Source of the DNA: Rhizophagus irregularis
Taxonomy: Eukaryota
Direction of reading: 5' to 3'
DNA length: 64,000 bases
Assembly (NCBI RefSeq): GCF_026210795.1
Contig: NC_089434.1
Span: forward strand, 3,100,001-3,164,000
Both the position numbers and the translations under genes were made by a program. The notes under the pieces were generated by a model that was not told where the DNA came from, ran no database searches, and saw nothing but the letters and a program-made list of their open reading frames with translations. The stretch's first letter is position 1. Each line of letters begins with the position of its first letter. Below are positions 62,588 to 64,000 of the stretch, one piece after another.

Positions 62588-64000
62588 ATGACTGAAGCCG
62601 AGCCACCTACAATTCCTGTAACAAACGGAGCTAAAGATTATACAGCAAAAGACATTGAAAAATTACATGCTAGAATTCAAGCAGTCATTGATAAACCTCC
62701 AGTATCTAGTCCAAAAGTACAATCTAATACAGATTCTATACCGAGCGTTGTGCTAGAAGAATCTGCCAAGGTTTCAAATGAATCAGGTTCATTGAATGAT
62801 CAACTTTTAACATCTGCTGATACGACAATTAAAGCTTGTGAGAATGAAGTTATTGAAAATGATTTAAAGGAATGTTATTGTCAAAAATTAAGTATAATTC
62901 CTGGAACAGCGAATTGTAATAGATGTGAAAGAGTTGTTCCTGCGTTAGTAGATTTACATAAACAACGTTTACAACAGCTTGACGATTTAGAAGTTGCTAA
63001 TAATAGGATAAAAGAAGAATTTGACAAAGTAGAAAGGCAAAATGACGAAATTGAGAATTTACGTAAAAGAATTGAAGAATTGGAAGATCAAATTGATGTA
63101 AAAACTGATGAATTTATTGCTTTACAAAAAGATATGGCTATATTAAATGATAAATTTGTCGATGAAATTACTAAAGTTGCCGAATTACAGCATTCTAAAG
63201 AGGTAGTTGAAGGCGAATTGGAAGAATTAAGTAGAGTTTTGTTTGAGCAAGCCAATGGAATGGTTGCTTCAGCTGCAAAAGAAAGATATGATTTAGAAGT
63301 TCAACAAAAAGCATTAGAAAAGCAACTTAAAGAAACTCAGGAACGTCTAATGGCCGAGAGTTCTCAGCTTAAAGAATTAAGAGAGAAAATGGAACAATTA
63401 GTACAAAATCAACCACAACCAGAAAGTAAAAGATCAAGCTCAAGTGATCCTTCATTTAGAGCAAGTATTGATTTCGCTGAACTATTTGGTTTACGTGAAA
63501 AATCACCCGACGCTGCTGCTACTTTACCTGGTCCTACAGGAGTCGACGGAATTGGTATTGATAATGAATTGATTGCAGATTTTCAGGAATTTGTTGAACA
63601 AAGTCCGACTGTAAGGCTTCAAAAAATTCATACTATTCCTTTTATGCGTCATTGTTTAGAAGAAGATGTGGATCCTTGTATGAGATTTGGAAGTAACCCT
63701 CGTGTCTCTTCACGTAGAATAGTTGATGCTATTGTTGCAAACACTTGTTTTATTGAAGAATCTCCTCCTGGTGCTGATAAAGAACAAGCTTTAAATTCAC
63801 ATTCTCCCATTCGTAATTCTGCTTCTAAGCCGATGTTATGGGAACGTCTTTCAGGAAATTCAAATTCTCCAAGGATAGGTTGTCAATGTTGTGGTCGGAT
63901 TGGTCCTTTGCCTTTTCAATATCGTATAACGAATTTAGATGATTGGTCTTTAATTGATCGTTATTGCCGTGATCGGCTGGTGGCTGTTTGCGAATTTTAC
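62588..64000 (+). CDS. SEC2: Rab GEF Sec2, 5' part; runs off the window end
   Basis: Open frame from ATG 62588; coiled coil; AELQHSKEVVEGELEELSRVLFEQANGMV Sec2p motif; EDVDPCMRFG; C-terminal CQCC...IDRYCRDRLVAVCEF. Confidence 0.9.
   Translation, partial: MTEAEPPTIPVTNGAKDYTAKDIEKLHARIQAVIDKPPVSSPKVQSNTDSIPSVVLEESAKVSNESGSLNDQLLTSADTTIKACENEVIENDLKECYCQKLSIIPGTANCNRCERVVPALVDLHKQRLQQLDDLEVANNRIKEEFDKVERQNDEIENLRKRIEELEDQIDVKTDEFIALQKDMAILNDKFVDEITKVAELQHSKEVVEGELEELSRVLFEQANGMVASAAKERYDLEVQQKALEKQLKETQERLMAESSQLKELREKMEQLVQNQPQPESKRSSSSDPSFRASIDFAELFGLREKSPDAAATLPGPTGVDGIGIDNELIADFQEFVEQSPTVRLQKIHTIPFMRHCLEEDVDPCMRFGSNPRVSSRRIVDAIVANTCFIEESPPGADKEQALNSHSPIRNSASKPMLWERLSGNSNSPRIGCQCCGRIGPLPFQYRITNLDDWSLIDRYCRDRLVAVCEFY

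Noticed and set aside
1..64000. tRNA, rRNA or snRNA genes
   Set aside because: None recognised by eye; a tRNAscan-SE/Infernal run is needed to exclude them.

Overview
Very AT-rich eukaryotic (fungal) genomic DNA with many short spliceosomal introns; gene style and TE content suggest an arbuscular mycorrhizal fungus such as Rhizophagus (inference). Bases 1-23.5 kb are a transposon-rich zone: the 3' part of a decayed Mutator/FAR1-type element, hAT-type non-autonomous elements filled with palindromic tandem repeats, many MITEs, a decayed Tc1/IS630-type element, and a full-length 8.2-kb LINE (ORF1 RRM/knuckle; ORF2 APE-RT-RNase H) with a 15-bp TSD. Bases 23.9-38.8 kb are a compact island of seven housekeeping genes in strictly alternating orientation (MED13, thiolase, AFG1, CPR6/Cyp40, COX18, SPT8, ATX1). 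Bases 38.9-53 kb are a second TE zone with a pogo remnant and a ~7.3-kb hAT-type composite carrying a dead transposase. Bases 53-64 kb hold mitochondrial uL15, DHH1, a PBDC1/DUF757 gene and the start of SEC2, with MITEs in between. The most unusual observations are: (i) tandem arrays of intron+micro-exon units with strong splice signals inside TE DNA, one bracketing an antisense captured YRA1/ALYREF RRM fragment; (ii) a four-copy TIR family (NAGGAC...RTCCTN) with 6-bp TSDs; (iii) a LINE with no poly(A) tail inserted into another element's TIR; (iv) CpA-to-TpA-type nonsense mutations in TE remnants. All calls are from reading the sequence; no searches were run, and multi-exon gene spans are hand-derived.
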